A DNA stretch of 32,000 bases from Vulcaniibacterium thermophilum. GTDB taxonomy: Bacteria > Pseudomonadota > Gammaproteobacteria > Xanthomonadales > Xanthomonadaceae. The notes beneath the pieces are model-generated. The model was given only the letters and a program-made list of their open reading frames with translations, was not told where the DNA came from and searched no databases. The stretch is from the NCBI RefSeq assembly GCF_007923255.1, contig NZ_VOHJ01000007.1, positions 30,462-62,461 on the forward strand, read 5' to 3'. Positions 1 to 9,184 of the stretch are shown here, piece by piece. A program made the translations under genes and the position numbers. The stretch's first letter is position 1; each line of letters starts with the position of its first letter.

Positions 1-9
1 TCTGCGCGC

Positions 10-1281
10 ATGAACGATACGGACACGCTCGCCCGCCTGCGTGAGGAAGCGGGTTCGGGGGATCCCGAGGCGCTCTACCGCCTTGCCGTCCACCTCGTGC
101 TCGCCCATGAGACCGACGAGGCTCTGTCGCTGCATCGCCGCGCCGCGGAGGCCGGCCACTCCAATGCGCAGGTCGAGCTGGCGCGCATGCTGATGCATGG
201 CATCTCGACATCCGCGTCGCCCAAGGCTGCCGTGCATTGGCTGCAGCGCGCGGAAAGCGCCGGCAACGTCGCCGCGGCGTACTACCTGGCGCTGATCGCA
301 TTGGGCGGGGTGGCGCTCGCGCGTGACGGCCGCATCAACGAACGCGTGTACGCGGCGGTCGGCGCAGGATTCGCCCCCGCGTTGCTGGCCGCGGCCTTGC
401 ATTTCGGGCGCAAGCCGGACCCCGCCGATCAGACGCTCTGCCTCCAGCTTCTGGAGAAGGCGGCCGCACGCGGCGAGACGACCGCGGCATTGCTGCTCGC
501 CGAGCGGCTCCGCCTCGGCGAAGGCTGCGCCGCCGACCCGGAAGCGGCTGCCGACGTGTACAGGCAACTGGCGCGCTTCGGCATCGCCCCGTTGCCGGAA
601 ATCCGCGCCCAGCCGCCTCTGGGGGCCGTGACCGCTGCGGCGCCGTGCACGCTGGCGCTGGAGGACGTGTTCGTGCCGCCGCCCGCGCGGCCGCTCGCGG
701 CGAAGCCGCGCGTAGCGGTCGTCGACCGTTTGCTGTCCGCCGACGAATGCCGTCTGCTGGTCGCGCGCGCGCGTCCCCATCTGCGCGAATCGCAGACCGT
801 CGATCCGGCAACCGGCTTGCCGATCAAGCTGCCGATCCGCACCAGCAGCGACGCGAGCTTCGACCCGGTCGGCGAGGACCTGGCGCTGCGCCTGGTGCAA
901 CTGCGAATGGCCGTCGCCGCAGGCCGCGAGCTGGTCGATGCCGAGCACCTGACCGTGCTGCGTTACGCACCCGGGCAGGAGTACCGTCCGCATCGCGATT
1001 ACCGCCCTCCCGGGTCGATCGAACGCGACCGCCCCGCGGCCGGAAATCGCGCCCGCACGATCTGCGTCTATCTGAACGACGTGGACGCCGGCGGCGGCAC
1101 CGAATTTCCGCTGGCGGGAATAAGTGTCGAGCCGAAGGCGGGACGCGCGGTGGTGTTCGACAACCTGCACCCGGACGGCACGCCCGACCCCGATTCGCTG
1201 CACGCGGGCCTGCCGGTCGAGCGCGGCGAGAAGTGGTTGGCGACGCTGTGGATCCGCGAGCGGCGGTATCGGGACTTCTGA
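10..1281 (+). CDS. Sel1-repeat / prolyl 4-hydroxylase-type 2OG-Fe(II) oxygenase fusion protein
   Basis: 423-aa ORF from ATG 10. The N-terminal half has Sel1/TPR-like repeats (AEAGHSNAQVELARMLMHG, AESGNVAAAYYLALI, AARGETTAALLLAERLRLGEG). The C-terminal half has P4H-type motifs: His-x-Asp (PHRDY), distal His (SLHAGLPV) and 2OG-binding Lys (GEKWLATLWI). Confidence 0.8.
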   Translation: MNDTDTLARLREEAGSGDPEALYRLAVHLVLAHETDEALSLHRRAAEAGHSNAQVELARMLMHGISTSASPKAAVHWLQRAESAGNVAAAYYLALIALGGVALARDGRINERVYAAVGAGFAPALLAAALHFGRKPDPADQTLCLQLLEKAAARGETTAALLLAERLRLGEGCAADPEAAADVYRQLARFGIAPLPEIRAQPPLGAVTAAAPCTLALEDVFVPPPARPLAAKPRVAVVDRLLSADECRLLVARARPHLRESQTVDPATGLPIKLPIRTSSDASFDPVGEDLALRLVQLRMAVAAGRELVDAEHLTVLRYAPGQEYRPHRDYRPPGSIERDRPAAGNRARTICVYLNDVDAGGGTEFPLAGISVEPKAGRAVVFDNLHPDGTPDPDSLHAGLPVERGEKWLATLWIRERRYRDF

Positions 1282-1512
1282 GTCGGCGGCAGGCGAACCC
1301 GGAACCGTTTCCGCCCGCCGCACGGCGGACATACGCGACCGTACCGTCGCGCCTACACGGGCCCGCTGAAGACGATTGCATTACACTTCGCGCCGGCGAC
1401 GACCGGCCCGATGCCGTCTTCCGCGCCTGTTTCCTTTCTCTTCAAAGACTTATACCCACCGTTGGCACTCGTTCGCCTTGCGCGAATCGGTCGCCTCCGT
1501 CCGGAGCACCCG

Positions 1513-2616
1513 ATGATCTTCGAAACCATCGACACCACCGGCCACGAGCAGGTCGTGTTCTGCCACAACAAGGATGCTGGCCTGAAGGCCATCATCGCCA
1601 TCCACAACACCGTGCTCGGCCCGGCGCTGGGCGGTCTGCGGATGTGGCCGTACAAGTCGGAGGCGGAGGCGCTGAACGACGTGCTGCGCCTGTCGCGCGG
1701 CATGACCTACAAGAACGCGGTCGCGGGCCTGAACATCGGCGGCGGCAAGGCGGTGATCATCGGCGATCCGTCGAAGGACAAGTCCGAGGCGCTGTTCCGC
1801 GCGTTCGGCAAGTTCGTCGATTCGCTCGGCGGCCGCTACATCACGGCCGAGGACGTCGGCATCGACGTCAACGACATGGAGTACGTCTACCGCGAAACCG
1901 AATACGTCACCGGCGTGCACCAGGTGCATGGCGGCTCGGGCGACCCCTCGCCGTTCACCGCCTACGGCACCCTGCAGGGCCTGATGGCGACGCTGAACCG
2001 CAAGTTCGGCAACGAGGAAGTCGGCCACTACAGCTACGCCGTGCAGGGCCTGGGCCATGTCGGCATGGAGTTCGTCAAGCTGCTGCGCGAGCGCGGCGCC
2101 AAGATCTTCGTCACCGACATCAACAAGACGCTGATCGACCGCGCGGTCGACGAGTACGGCGCCGAGGCGGTGGCCCCCGAGGAGATCTACGACGTGCCGT
2201 GCGACGTCTACTCGCCGTGCGCGCTCGGCGGCACCGTGAACGAGCAGACCCTGCCGCGCCTGAAGGCCAAGGTCATCTGCGGCGCGGCCAACAACCAGCT
2301 CGCCAACAACGAGATCGGCGACGAGGTCGAGCGCCGCGGCATCCTCTACGCGCCGGACTACGCGGTGAACGCCGGCGGTGTGATGAACGTGTCGCTGGAG
2401 ATCGACGGCTACAACCGCGAACGCGCGATGCGCATGATGCGGACGATCTACCACAACCTCACCCGCATCTACGAGATCGCCGACCGCGACCGCATCCCGA
2501 CCTACAAGGCCGCCGACCGCATGGCCGAGGAGCGCATCGCCATGATCGGCAAGCTCAAGCTGCCGATGGGCCGCACCGCGCCGCGTTTCCACGGCCGCAT
2601 CCGCGGCGGGCACTGA
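1513..2616 (+). CDS. ldh: Leucine dehydrogenase (Glu/Leu/Phe/Val dehydrogenase family)
   Basis: Track ORF 1411..2616 trimmed to ATG 1513, where homology starts. MIFETIDTTGHEQVVFCHNKDAGLKAIIAIHNTVLGPALGGLRMWPY parallels the Bacillus leucine dehydrogenase N-terminus as I recall it. Catalytic-Lys motif GLNIGGGKAVIIGDP, NAD fold VQGLGHVG, and C-terminal PDYAVNAGGV. Confidence 0.9.
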   Translation: MIFETIDTTGHEQVVFCHNKDAGLKAIIAIHNTVLGPALGGLRMWPYKSEAEALNDVLRLSRGMTYKNAVAGLNIGGGKAVIIGDPSKDKSEALFRAFGKFVDSLGGRYITAEDVGIDVNDMEYVYRETEYVTGVHQVHGGSGDPSPFTAYGTLQGLMATLNRKFGNEEVGHYSYAVQGLGHVGMEFVKLLRERGAKIFVTDINKTLIDRAVDEYGAEAVAPEEIYDVPCDVYSPCALGGTVNEQTLPRLKAKVICGAANNQLANNEIGDEVERRGILYAPDYAVNAGGVMNVSLEIDGYNRERAMRMMRTIYHNLTRIYEIADRDRIPTYKAADRMAEERIAMIGKLKLPMGRTAPRFHGRIRGGH

Positions 2617-2628
2617 TCGCTCGCGACT

Positions 2629-2729
2629 CGGGAATCGGAAATGGGGAATCGGTGAAGCCGCTCCCCGTTCCACTCGAGGTTCCTGATCGACCCGTGCGCG
2701 TTGCGTCCGATTCCCGATTCCCCATTCCC
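2629..2729. repeat. Imperfect inverted repeat built from GGGAATCGG / GGGAATGG units (REP-like) in the ldh-ivd spacer
   Basis: Left arm cgggaatcggaaatggggaatcgg (2629-2652) and right arm ccgattcccgattccccattccc (2707-2729). The arms are imperfect reverse complements; the terminal 9-10 nt pair exactly and the inner units are permuted. The element lies between the ldh stop (2616) and the next start (2749). Confidence 0.45.
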
Positions 2730-2748
2730 TTTTGCCGGCCACTGACCC

Positions 2749-3906
2749 ATGCGCCCCTTCCCCCTCGGTGAAGACATCGACGCCCTCCGCGAGGCCGTGC
2801 GCCGCTTCGCCGAGGCGGAAATCGCGCCGCGCGCGGCGCAGATCGACCACGACAACGCGTTCCCGCAGGATCTGTGGCCGAAGCTCGGCGAGATGGGCCT
2901 GCTCGGCATGACCGTGCCGGGCGAATACGGCGGCAGCGACATGGGCTACCTCGCCCATCTGGTCGCGATGGAGGAGATCTCGCGCGCGTCCGGTTCGGTC
3001 GGCCTGAGCTACGGCGCGCACTCCAACCTGTGCGTGAGCAACCTGTACGCCAACGGCACCGAGGCGCAGCGGCGGAAGTACCTGCCGAGGCTGTGCAGCG
3101 GCGAGTGGAAGGGCGCGCTGGCGATGAGCGAGCCGGGCGCAGGGTCGGATGTCGTCGGCTCCATGAGCTGTCGCGCCGAGAAGCGCGGCGATGTCTGGGT
3201 GGCCAACGGCAACAAGATGTGGATCACCAACGGCCCCGAGGCCGACGTTCTGGTGGTCTACATGCGCACGGCGGGCAAGGAGGCCGGCAGCCGCTGCATC
3301 ACCGCGTTCATCGTCGAGCGCGGCATGAAGGGCTTCCGCACCGCGCAGAAGCTCGACAAGCTCGGCATGCGCGGCTCCAACACCTGCGAGCTGGTGTTCG
3401 AGGACTGCGAGATCCCCGACGAGAACGTGCTCGGCGAGGTCAACCAGGGCGTCAGGGTGCTGATGAGCGGGCTCAACACCGAGCGGCTGGTGCTCACCGG
3501 CGGCCCGCTCGGGCTGATGCAGGCCGCGCTCGACGTCGCCCTGCCCTACGTGCGCGAACGCAAGCAGTTCGACGCGCCGATCGGCACCTTCGGGCTGATG
3601 CAGGGCAAGATCGCCGACATGTACACCGCGCTGCAGTCCAGCCGCGCGTTCGCCTACCAGGTCGCGCGCGACTACGACGCCGGCCACCGCAGCCGCGTCG
3701 ACGCGGCGGCCTGCCTGCTGCACGCCTCGGAAGCCGCGGTGCAGGTCGCACTGGAAGCGATCCAGGCGCTCGGCGGCAACGGCTACATCAACGAGTACCC
3801 GACCGGCCGCATCCTGCGCGACGCCAAGCTCTACGCGATCGGCGCGGGCACCAACGAGATCCGCCGCATGCTGATCGGCCGCGAACTGTTCGAAGGCCGC
3901 GACTGA
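2749..3906 (+). CDS. liuA: Isovaleryl-CoA dehydrogenase (acyl-CoA dehydrogenase family; LiuA/Ivd)
   Basis: 385 aa with the acyl-CoA dehydrogenase fold. IVD-like stretches include [26 protein letters not shown] and the catalytic-Glu region [20 protein letters not shown]. Context with ldh and MCCase beta supports the call. Confidence 0.9.
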   Translation: MRPFPLGEDIDALREAVRRFAEAEIAPRAAQIDHDNAFPQDLWPKLGEMGLLGMTVPGEYGGSDMGYLAHLVAMEEISRASGSVGLSYGAHSNLCVSNLYANGTEAQRRKYLPRLCSGEWKGALAMSEPGAGSDVVGSMSCRAEKRGDVWVANGNKMWITNGPEADVLVVYMRTAGKEAGSRCITAFIVERGMKGFRTAQKLDKLGMRGSNTCELVFEDCEIPDENVLGEVNQGVRVLMSGLNTERLVLTGGPLGLMQAALDVALPYVRERKQFDAPIGTFGLMQGKIADMYTALQSSRAFAYQVARDYDAGHRSRVDAAACLLHASEAAVQVALEAIQALGGNGYINEYPTGRILRDAKLYAIGAGTNEIRRMLIGRELFEGRD

Positions 3907-3912
3907 TCTAGC

Positions 3913-4509
3913 ATGGCGGTCGCGATGGCGACCGCCGTGCCCCCGCTCGTCACCCGACCGCTGGCCCGCGACGACTGGCCGGCGATCGAGCGCCTGTTCG
4001 GCGCCAACGGCGCCTGCGGCGGCTGCTGGTGCATGTGGTGGCGGGTGCCGATGGGCGGCAGGACCTGGGACGCCGCCAAGGGCGAACCCAACCGCCGCGC
4101 CTTCCGTGCGCTGGTGGAGTCGGGCCGGGCTTCGGGCGTGCTCGCGTTCGCGCAGGACGAGCCGGTGGGCTGGTGCGCGGTCGGGCCGCGCGGCGAGTTC
4201 CCACGGCTCGAGCGCAGCAGGGGGCTCGCGCGCGACTGGGACGCGCGCACCTGGTCGCTGAACTGCCTGTTCGTGCCGGCCAAGCATCGCGGTCGCGGCG
4301 TGGCCTCGGCGCTGGTGGCCGCCGCGGTGGCGCATGCGCGGACGCGGGGCGCGCGCGAACTGGAGGCCTATCCGCAGGCGGTGCGTCCCGGCGTGCCGCT
4401 GGCCGGTGCGTTCGCGTGGACCGGCGTGCCCAGCCTGTTCCTGGCGCAGGGCTTCGAGCCCGTCGTCCCGCACGAACGCGGGCGCGGGCTCTACCTGCTG
4501 CGCCTGTGA
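3913..4509 (+). CDS. GNAT-family N-acetyltransferase
   Basis: 198 aa, starting 7 nt after the ivd stop. Acetyl-CoA-binding beta4-alpha3 region of the GNAT fold (LFVPAKHRGRGVASALVAAAVAHAR). N-terminal Cys/Trp motif CGGCWCMWWR. Substrate unknown. Confidence 0.7.
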   Translation: MAVAMATAVPPLVTRPLARDDWPAIERLFGANGACGGCWCMWWRVPMGGRTWDAAKGEPNRRAFRALVESGRASGVLAFAQDEPVGWCAVGPRGEFPRLERSRGLARDWDARTWSLNCLFVPAKHRGRGVASALVAAAVAHARTRGARELEAYPQAVRPGVPLAGAFAWTGVPSLFLAQGFEPVVPHERGRGLYLLRL

Positions 4510-4554
4510 GGCGCAGACCTCGCGCACTTCGCACGACGCCCCTGCCGGGGCTCG

Positions 4555-5262
4555 CTACACCTGCCGCGGCGCCGCGATCGCAGGCGCCCGGCCGTCCGCG
4601 AAGTACTTCCGGTCCAGCCACGCCACCGCCGCCAGCGAGGCCAGCAGTGGCCCGAACCAGGCGATCAGGGAGTACCAGGACGGCGGCGCGAAGCCGAGCG
4701 CCTGCACGATCCGGTTGAGCCCGATCGACAGGAAAGCGACGTGGGTGGCGACGCCGCAGCCCATCATCGCGCTGTAGTGTTCCTTCAACCACCAGCGTGC
4801 GGACTGCAACGGACGTGCACGGCGATACAGCATCTCGACGCCGGTGGCGGCGCCGACCAGGCTGAAACCCATCAGCAGGGGCTGCGAGACCCGCCAACCG
4901 GCCGCGAACACCGCCACCGACGCGACGAGATTGAGTAAAGCCACCGTCAGATACGCGCGATCGCGAAAAGCCGCCTGGTCGCGCTTGCGGCGCACCGCGC
5001 GCCATCCCAGCCACATCACGGTCGCGGTGATCAGCACCAGATAGGCGAGAAACGTCCCGGTCACGTCGTGCCCGCGGGCGAACGCCATCGCGGTGATCGG
5101 CAGCGCGCTGATCGTCACGCCGACCATCGCCAGCAGGTAGACCTTGCCGCTGCCCCGATGCAGCGGGCCGCCCTTGCGCGCGAACGCGGCGGACCAGAAC
5201 GTCAGCAGCGCCGCGGTCCCGAACAGTGCATGCGCCAGCACCAGTGTGCGATATGCGTCCAT
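4555..5262 (-). CDS. Polytopic integral membrane protein, function unknown
   Basis: 235-aa ORF from ATG at 5262 with about six hydrophobic helices (e.g. LVLAHALFGTAALLTFWSAAF, VYLLAMVGVTISALPITAMAF, AYLVLITATVMWLGW). No catalytic motif recognised. Divergent from the two-component genes. Confidence 0.6.
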   Translation of the reverse strand: MDAYRTLVLAHALFGTAALLTFWSAAFARKGGPLHRGSGKVYLLAMVGVTISALPITAMAFARGHDVTGTFLAYLVLITATVMWLGWRAVRRKRDQAAFRDRAYLTVALLNLVASVAVFAAGWRVSQPLLMGFSLVGAATGVEMLYRRARPLQSARWWLKEHYSAMMGCGVATHVAFLSIGLNRIVQALGFAPPSWYSLIAWFGPLLASLAAVAWLDRKYFADGRAPAIAAPRQV

Positions 5263-5421
5263 CGATCCGACTCCATCGCCGGCGACGGCCGGCGCACGAT
5301 CGCAGTCTCCGTTCGCGCGTCCGCCCGCGGCAGAGGCATGAAGTCACCCGACGGGGGTGAGAAAAGTCACCTCCTGCGCCAGCGGCCGCGTACGGCGGTT
5401 GCACGCTCCTATACTCGCCGC

Positions 5422-6639
5422 ATGCACGCCGATGCCGCCCGCGAACACGATGCCGAGCCGGCGCCCGAACGCGCCGTCGACGTTCCGTCGGCGACCGCCT
5501 CGATCTGGCACGGCGGACTGCTCTCGCCGCTCAACCTCGCCGCGTACGCCACCTGGCTGCCGGTCGCCCTGGTGATGCTGGCCTCGGCGCGGCGCGACGG
5601 CCTCGACCGCGGCGAACTGTTCGGCCTGGGCTGCCTGCTCGGCTTCATGGCGCTGTTCCTGACGCGCATCGCGATGGAACGCGCGCCCGCGCTGCACGAT
5701 CGCTGGTGCGCATCGCTGCTGCTGGCGCAGGGTGCGCTCGCGCTGCTCGCGACATGGCTGCTGCGCGGCGGCATGGGCGCGATCCTGCTGGTGCTGGTGG
5801 CGGTGCAACTGTTCGCCGCCCTGCCCTGGCGCCGCGCGCTGGGATGGCTGGCGGTGTTCAACCTCGGGCTGGTGGCGATCTGGCGCTTCGGCTTCGGTCT
5901 GGAGTGGGCGCGCGTTCCGCTCGAGCTGTTGCCGATCCTCGGCTTCCAGGCGTTCGCCGGGCTGACCGCGCATTACGCCACCGCGATCGAACGCACCCGC
6001 GACGAGCTGGCGCGGGTCAACGCGCAACTGCTGGCGACGCGGCGCCTGCTCGAGGAAAGCGCGCGCGGCGAGGAGCGGCTGAAGCTCTCGCGCGAACTGC
6101 ACGACGTCGCCGGCCACAAGCTGACCGCGCTCAAGCTCAATCTGGCGCGCCTGCATCGCAACGGCGATGCGCCGGTGCGCGAGGAGGTGACGATCGCCGC
6201 CCAGCTCGCGCACGAGCTGCTGGACGACATCCGCGCCGTGGTCGGCGCGCTGCGCCGCCACGACGGCATCGATCTGCGCGGCGCGCTGCAGACGCTCACC
6301 GCGCGCATTCCCGGCCCGCGCTTTTGCATCGACGTTTCCGACGATGCGCGGCCGGGCAGCGTCGCCGCCGCGGAGACGCTGCTGCGTTGCGCGCAGGAAG
6401 CGATCACCAACGCGCTGCGCCACGGCCACCCGCGCGAGATCGCGATCGTCTGCCGCCGCGAATCCGGCGGCGTCACGCTGCGCGTGCTCGACGACGGCGC
6501 GCAGGCACCGGAGCTGACGTTCGGCAACGGCCTCACCGGCATGCGCGAGCGGCTGCAGCAGCTCGGCGGCACCCTGCACGTGGCCGCGCGCGCGCCGCGC
6601 GGCGTGGAACTGGTCGCGCGGCTTCCCGCGGGCGTCTGA
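5422..6639 (+). CDS. Sensor histidine kinase, HisKA_3 (NarL/DesK-type) with polytopic membrane N-terminus
   Basis: H-box LSRELHDVAGHKLTALKLNL and HATPase_c motifs (EAITNALRHG, LDDG, GNGLTGMRERLQQLGG). Several N-terminal TM helices. The start is ambiguous: ATG 5422 was chosen, in-frame ATG 5338 is possible, and the track start at 5068 overlaps the divergent membrane-protein gene and was rejected. Confidence 0.8.
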   Translation: MHADAAREHDAEPAPERAVDVPSATASIWHGGLLSPLNLAAYATWLPVALVMLASARRDGLDRGELFGLGCLLGFMALFLTRIAMERAPALHDRWCASLLLAQGALALLATWLLRGGMGAILLVLVAVQLFAALPWRRALGWLAVFNLGLVAIWRFGFGLEWARVPLELLPILGFQAFAGLTAHYATAIERTRDELARVNAQLLATRRLLEESARGEERLKLSRELHDVAGHKLTALKLNLARLHRNGDAPVREEVTIAAQLAHELLDDIRAVVGALRRHDGIDLRGALQTLTARIPGPRFCIDVSDDARPGSVAAAETLLRCAQEAITNALRHGHPREIAIVCRRESGGVTLRVLDDGAQAPELTFGNGLTGMRERLQQLGGTLHVAARAPRGVELVARLPAGV

Positions 6640-7274
6640 TGACCGCGCCGGTCCGCATCGCCATCGCCGACGACCAGGCCCTGGTGCGCCGCGGGCTGTC
6701 GGCGCTGCTCGCCGATCTGGGATTGCACATCGCCCTGGAGGCCGACGACGGCGCCGCGCTGCTGGCGGGCGTGGCGAAGCGTCCGGTCGATGTGATCCTC
6801 AGCGACATCCGCATGCCGGGCATGGACGGCATCGCACTGGTGCGCGCGCTGCGCGAGCGTCGCGACGCCACGCCGGTGATCCTGCTGACCACCTTCGACG
6901 ACAGCGCGCTGATGCTGGCGGCGGTCGACGCCGGCGCGCAGGGTTTCCTGCTCAAGGACGCCTCGCCCGAGGATCTGCGCGAAGCGATCCTGCGCGTGGC
7001 CGCCGGCGAAACCCTGCTGCAGCCCGTCAGCCTCGGGCCGGTGCGCGCCGCGTGGCCCGACCGCGACGCCGGACCGGCCGACCCGCACCTCACCGAACGC
7101 GAACGCAGCATCCTGCGTCTGGTCGCCGGCGGCTATTCCAACAAGGAGATCGGCCGCAGCCTGCACCTGTCCGAGGGCACGGTGAAGAACTACATCTCCG
7201 ACATCCTGCTGAAGCTGGACTGCCGTGACCGCACCCACGCGGTCCTGAAGGCGATCACCCGGCGTCTGCTGTGA
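6639..7274 (+). CDS. Response regulator, REC + LuxR/NarL-type HTH
   Basis: 211 aa. REC motifs (IAIADDQALVRRGL, DVILSDIRMPGMDG, ILLTTF, LLKDA). C-terminal HTH ERERSILRLVAGGYSNKEIGRSLHLSEGTVKNYISDILLKL. The ATG overlaps the kinase stop (TGATG), implying translational coupling. Confidence 0.9.
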   Translation: MTAPVRIAIADDQALVRRGLSALLADLGLHIALEADDGAALLAGVAKRPVDVILSDIRMPGMDGIALVRALRERRDATPVILLTTFDDSALMLAAVDAGAQGFLLKDASPEDLREAILRVAAGETLLQPVSLGPVRAAWPDRDAGPADPHLTERERSILRLVAGGYSNKEIGRSLHLSEGTVKNYISDILLKLDCRDRTHAVLKAITRRLL

Positions 7275-7311
7275 GCGGCGACGGGCGCCGCCAGCCGCGC
7301 GCGCCGCCCGA

Positions 7312-7340
7312 TTGCTCCTCATGCTGCAGCGCCGCATAAT
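7312..7340 (+). promoter_or_regulatory. Candidate sigma70-type promoter for the thiolase gene
   Basis: TTGCTC (7312-7317), a 17-nt spacer, then CATAAT (7335-7340). The AT-rich hexamer stands out in GC-rich DNA. GGAG Shine-Dalgarno at 7376-7379 lies ahead of ATG 7386. Sequence match only. Confidence 0.3.
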
Positions 7341-7385
7341 CGACCGATTCCGGCTCACCCGCCAGCCCCGCACACGGAGCCCGCC

Positions 7386-8555
7386 ATGAGCGACATCGTC
7401 ATCGTCGGTGCCAAGCGCACCGCCATCGGTTCCTTCCTCGGCCAGTTCACCGGCGTGCCGACGCCGACCCTCGGCGCGGCGGCGATCCGCGGCGCGCTGG
7501 AGCAGGCGGGCGTCGCGCCCGACCAGGTCGACGAGGTGTTCATGGGCTGCGTGCTGCCGGCCGGCCTCGGCCAGGCGCCCGCCCGCCAGGCCGCGCTCGC
7601 TGCCGGCCTGCCCGCCGCCACCGGCTGCACCACGGTCAACAAGGTGTGCGGCTCGGGCATGAAGGCGATCATGCTGGGGCACGACCTGATCAGGGCCGGC
7701 TCCGCCAGCGTCGTCGTCGCCGGCGGCATGGAGTCGATGACCAACGCGCCGCACCTGCTCAACGGCTCGCGCACCGGCATCCGCTACGGCGCCGCCGAGT
7801 TCCTCGACCACATGGCGTGGGATGGCCTGACCAACCCCTACGACGGCAAGGCGATGGGCGTGTTCGGCGACATGATGTGCGAGAAGTACGGCTTCGACCG
7901 CGCCGCGCTCGACGCCTTCTCCGCCGAGAGCGTGCGCCGCGCGCAGGCGGCGGTGTCCGGCGGCGCCTTCCGCGACGAGATCGTCCCGGTGACCGTCAAG
8001 GGCCGCAAGGGCGAGGTCGTGGTCGACACCGACGAGGAGCCGGGCAAGATCGATCCCTCCAAGATTCCGACCCTGCGCCCGGCGTTCGGCGGCGTGATCA
8101 CCGCGGCCGCCTCCTCCAAGATCTCCGACGGCGCCGCGGCGACCGTGCTGATGCGCGCCGAGGACGCCGCCGCGCGCGGGGTGCGGCCGCTCGCGCGGAT
8201 CGTCGCCCACGCCACCCAGTCGCAGGCCCCGGAGTGGTTCACGACCGCGCCGGTGGGCGCGATCGAGAAGGTGCTGCGCAAGGCCGGCTGGTCGGTCGCC
8301 GACGTCGATCTGTTCGAAGTCAACGAAGCGTTCGCGAGCGTGGCGATGGCGCCGATGAAGGATCTCGGCATCGCGCACGAGAAGCTCAACGTGCATGGCG
8401 GCGCGTGCGCGCTCGGCCATCCGATCGGCGCCAGCGGCGCGCGCCTGGTGGTGACGCTGCTCAACGCGATGCGCCAGCGCGGCGCGAAGCGCGGCGTGGC
8501 GACGCTGTGCATCGGCGGCGGCGAAGCGACCGCGCTCGCGGTGGAACTCATTTGA
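7386..8555 (+). CDS. Acetyl-CoA C-acetyltransferase (thiolase II family)
   Basis: 389 aa. Nucleophile Cys motif VNKVCGSGMKA. C-terminal His/Cys motifs NVHGGACALGHPIGASGAR and LCIGGGEATA. N-terminus MSDIVIVGAKRTAIGSF is typical of thiolases. Confidence 0.9.
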   Translation: MSDIVIVGAKRTAIGSFLGQFTGVPTPTLGAAAIRGALEQAGVAPDQVDEVFMGCVLPAGLGQAPARQAALAAGLPAATGCTTVNKVCGSGMKAIMLGHDLIRAGSASVVVAGGMESMTNAPHLLNGSRTGIRYGAAEFLDHMAWDGLTNPYDGKAMGVFGDMMCEKYGFDRAALDAFSAESVRRAQAAVSGGAFRDEIVPVTVKGRKGEVVVDTDEEPGKIDPSKIPTLRPAFGGVITAAASSKISDGAAATVLMRAEDAAARGVRPLARIVAHATQSQAPEWFTTAPVGAIEKVLRKAGWSVADVDLFEVNEAFASVAMAPMKDLGIAHEKLNVHGGACALGHPIGASGARLVVTLLNAMRQRGAKRGVATLCIGGGEATALAVELI

Positions 8556-8602
8556 TCGTCCGGAGTTAACGCCGGACTAACGAATTGGTGGCGGCCACCC
8601 GC

Positions 8603-8630
8603 TTGACACGCGTAATTGGCTTGTCATCAT
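8603..8630 (+). promoter_or_regulatory. Candidate sigma70-type promoter for the first Ala-rich lipoprotein gene
   Basis: Perfect -35 TTGACA (8603-8608), a 16-nt spacer, then CATCAT (8625-8630), within an unusually AT-rich spacer (8556-8683). GAGGAA Shine-Dalgarno lies 9 nt before ATG 8684. Sequence match only. Confidence 0.3.
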
Positions 8631-8683
8631 GTCATTGGCGCGCATTTTGCGCGTTGCCAAACTAACGACGAGGAAACTAGACC

Positions 8684-9037
8684 ATGTCCATGAACAAGGC
8701 GCTGATCGCCCTGGCCCTGGGTTTCGCCCTGGCCGCGTGCTCGAACCAGAAGCAGGCTGAAGACGCCGCTGCCGACGCCAACGCCGCGGCCACCGAGGCC
8801 CAGGCTGCCGCCGACCAGGCCGCCGCTTCGACCGACGCCGCCGCCGCTGACGCCGCCCAGGCTTCGGCCGACGCCGCCGCCCAGGCTGCCGACGCCGCCG
8901 CGACCCAGGCCGACGCCGCTGCCGCTGCTCCGACCGCCGGCGCTGCCGACGCCGCCGCCGACGCTGCCCAGCAGTCCGCCGACGCCGCCGAGCAGGCGAA
9001 GGACGCGGCCGAAGAGACCGCCGAAGAGAAGAAGTAA
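8684..9037 (+). CDS. Small Ala/Asp/Gln-rich lipoprotein (paralogue 1)
   Basis: 117 aa. Signal peptide plus lipobox MSMNKALIALALGFALAAC. The mature part is low-complexity (AADAA/AAQAA repeats) and ends in EETAEEKK. It has a Shine-Dalgarno sequence and its own intrinsic terminator. Confidence 0.75.
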   Translation: MSMNKALIALALGFALAACSNQKQAEDAAADANAAATEAQAAADQAAASTDAAAADAAQASADAAAQAADAAATQADAAAAAPTAGAADAAADAAQQSADAAEQAKDAAEETAEEKK

Positions 9038-9063
9038 TCTCCTCTTCACGCGGTACACGCGAA

Positions 9064-9100
9064 AAGGAAGGCCGCCGGTAACCCCGGCGGCTTTTCCGTT
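9064..9100 (+). terminator. Rho-independent terminator after lipoprotein 1
   Basis: Stem GCCGCCGG (9071-9078), loop TAACC, stem CCGGCGGC (9084-9091), followed by TTTTCCGTTT. An A-rich tract lies upstream. Confidence 0.7.
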
Positions 9101-9184
9101 TGCGGGGCCGGTGCGACGACGCGCTCGCCTCCACCGTTGTGGTAATAAGCCCACCGTGTGACCCACACATCGGAGACCAACCCC

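Noticed and set aside
1450-4527. 1025-aa minus-strand ORF spanning ldh, ivd and the GNAT gene
   Set aside because: It is antisense to three well-supported genes. The translation is Arg/Ala/Gly/His-rich with no recognisable motif. This is a typical stop-free shadow frame in very high-GC DNA.
5973-8420. 815-aa minus-strand ORF across the kinase, response regulator and thiolase genes
   Set aside because: It is antisense to genes with clear catalytic motifs, and its composition is low-complexity Arg/Ala. High-GC shadow ORF.
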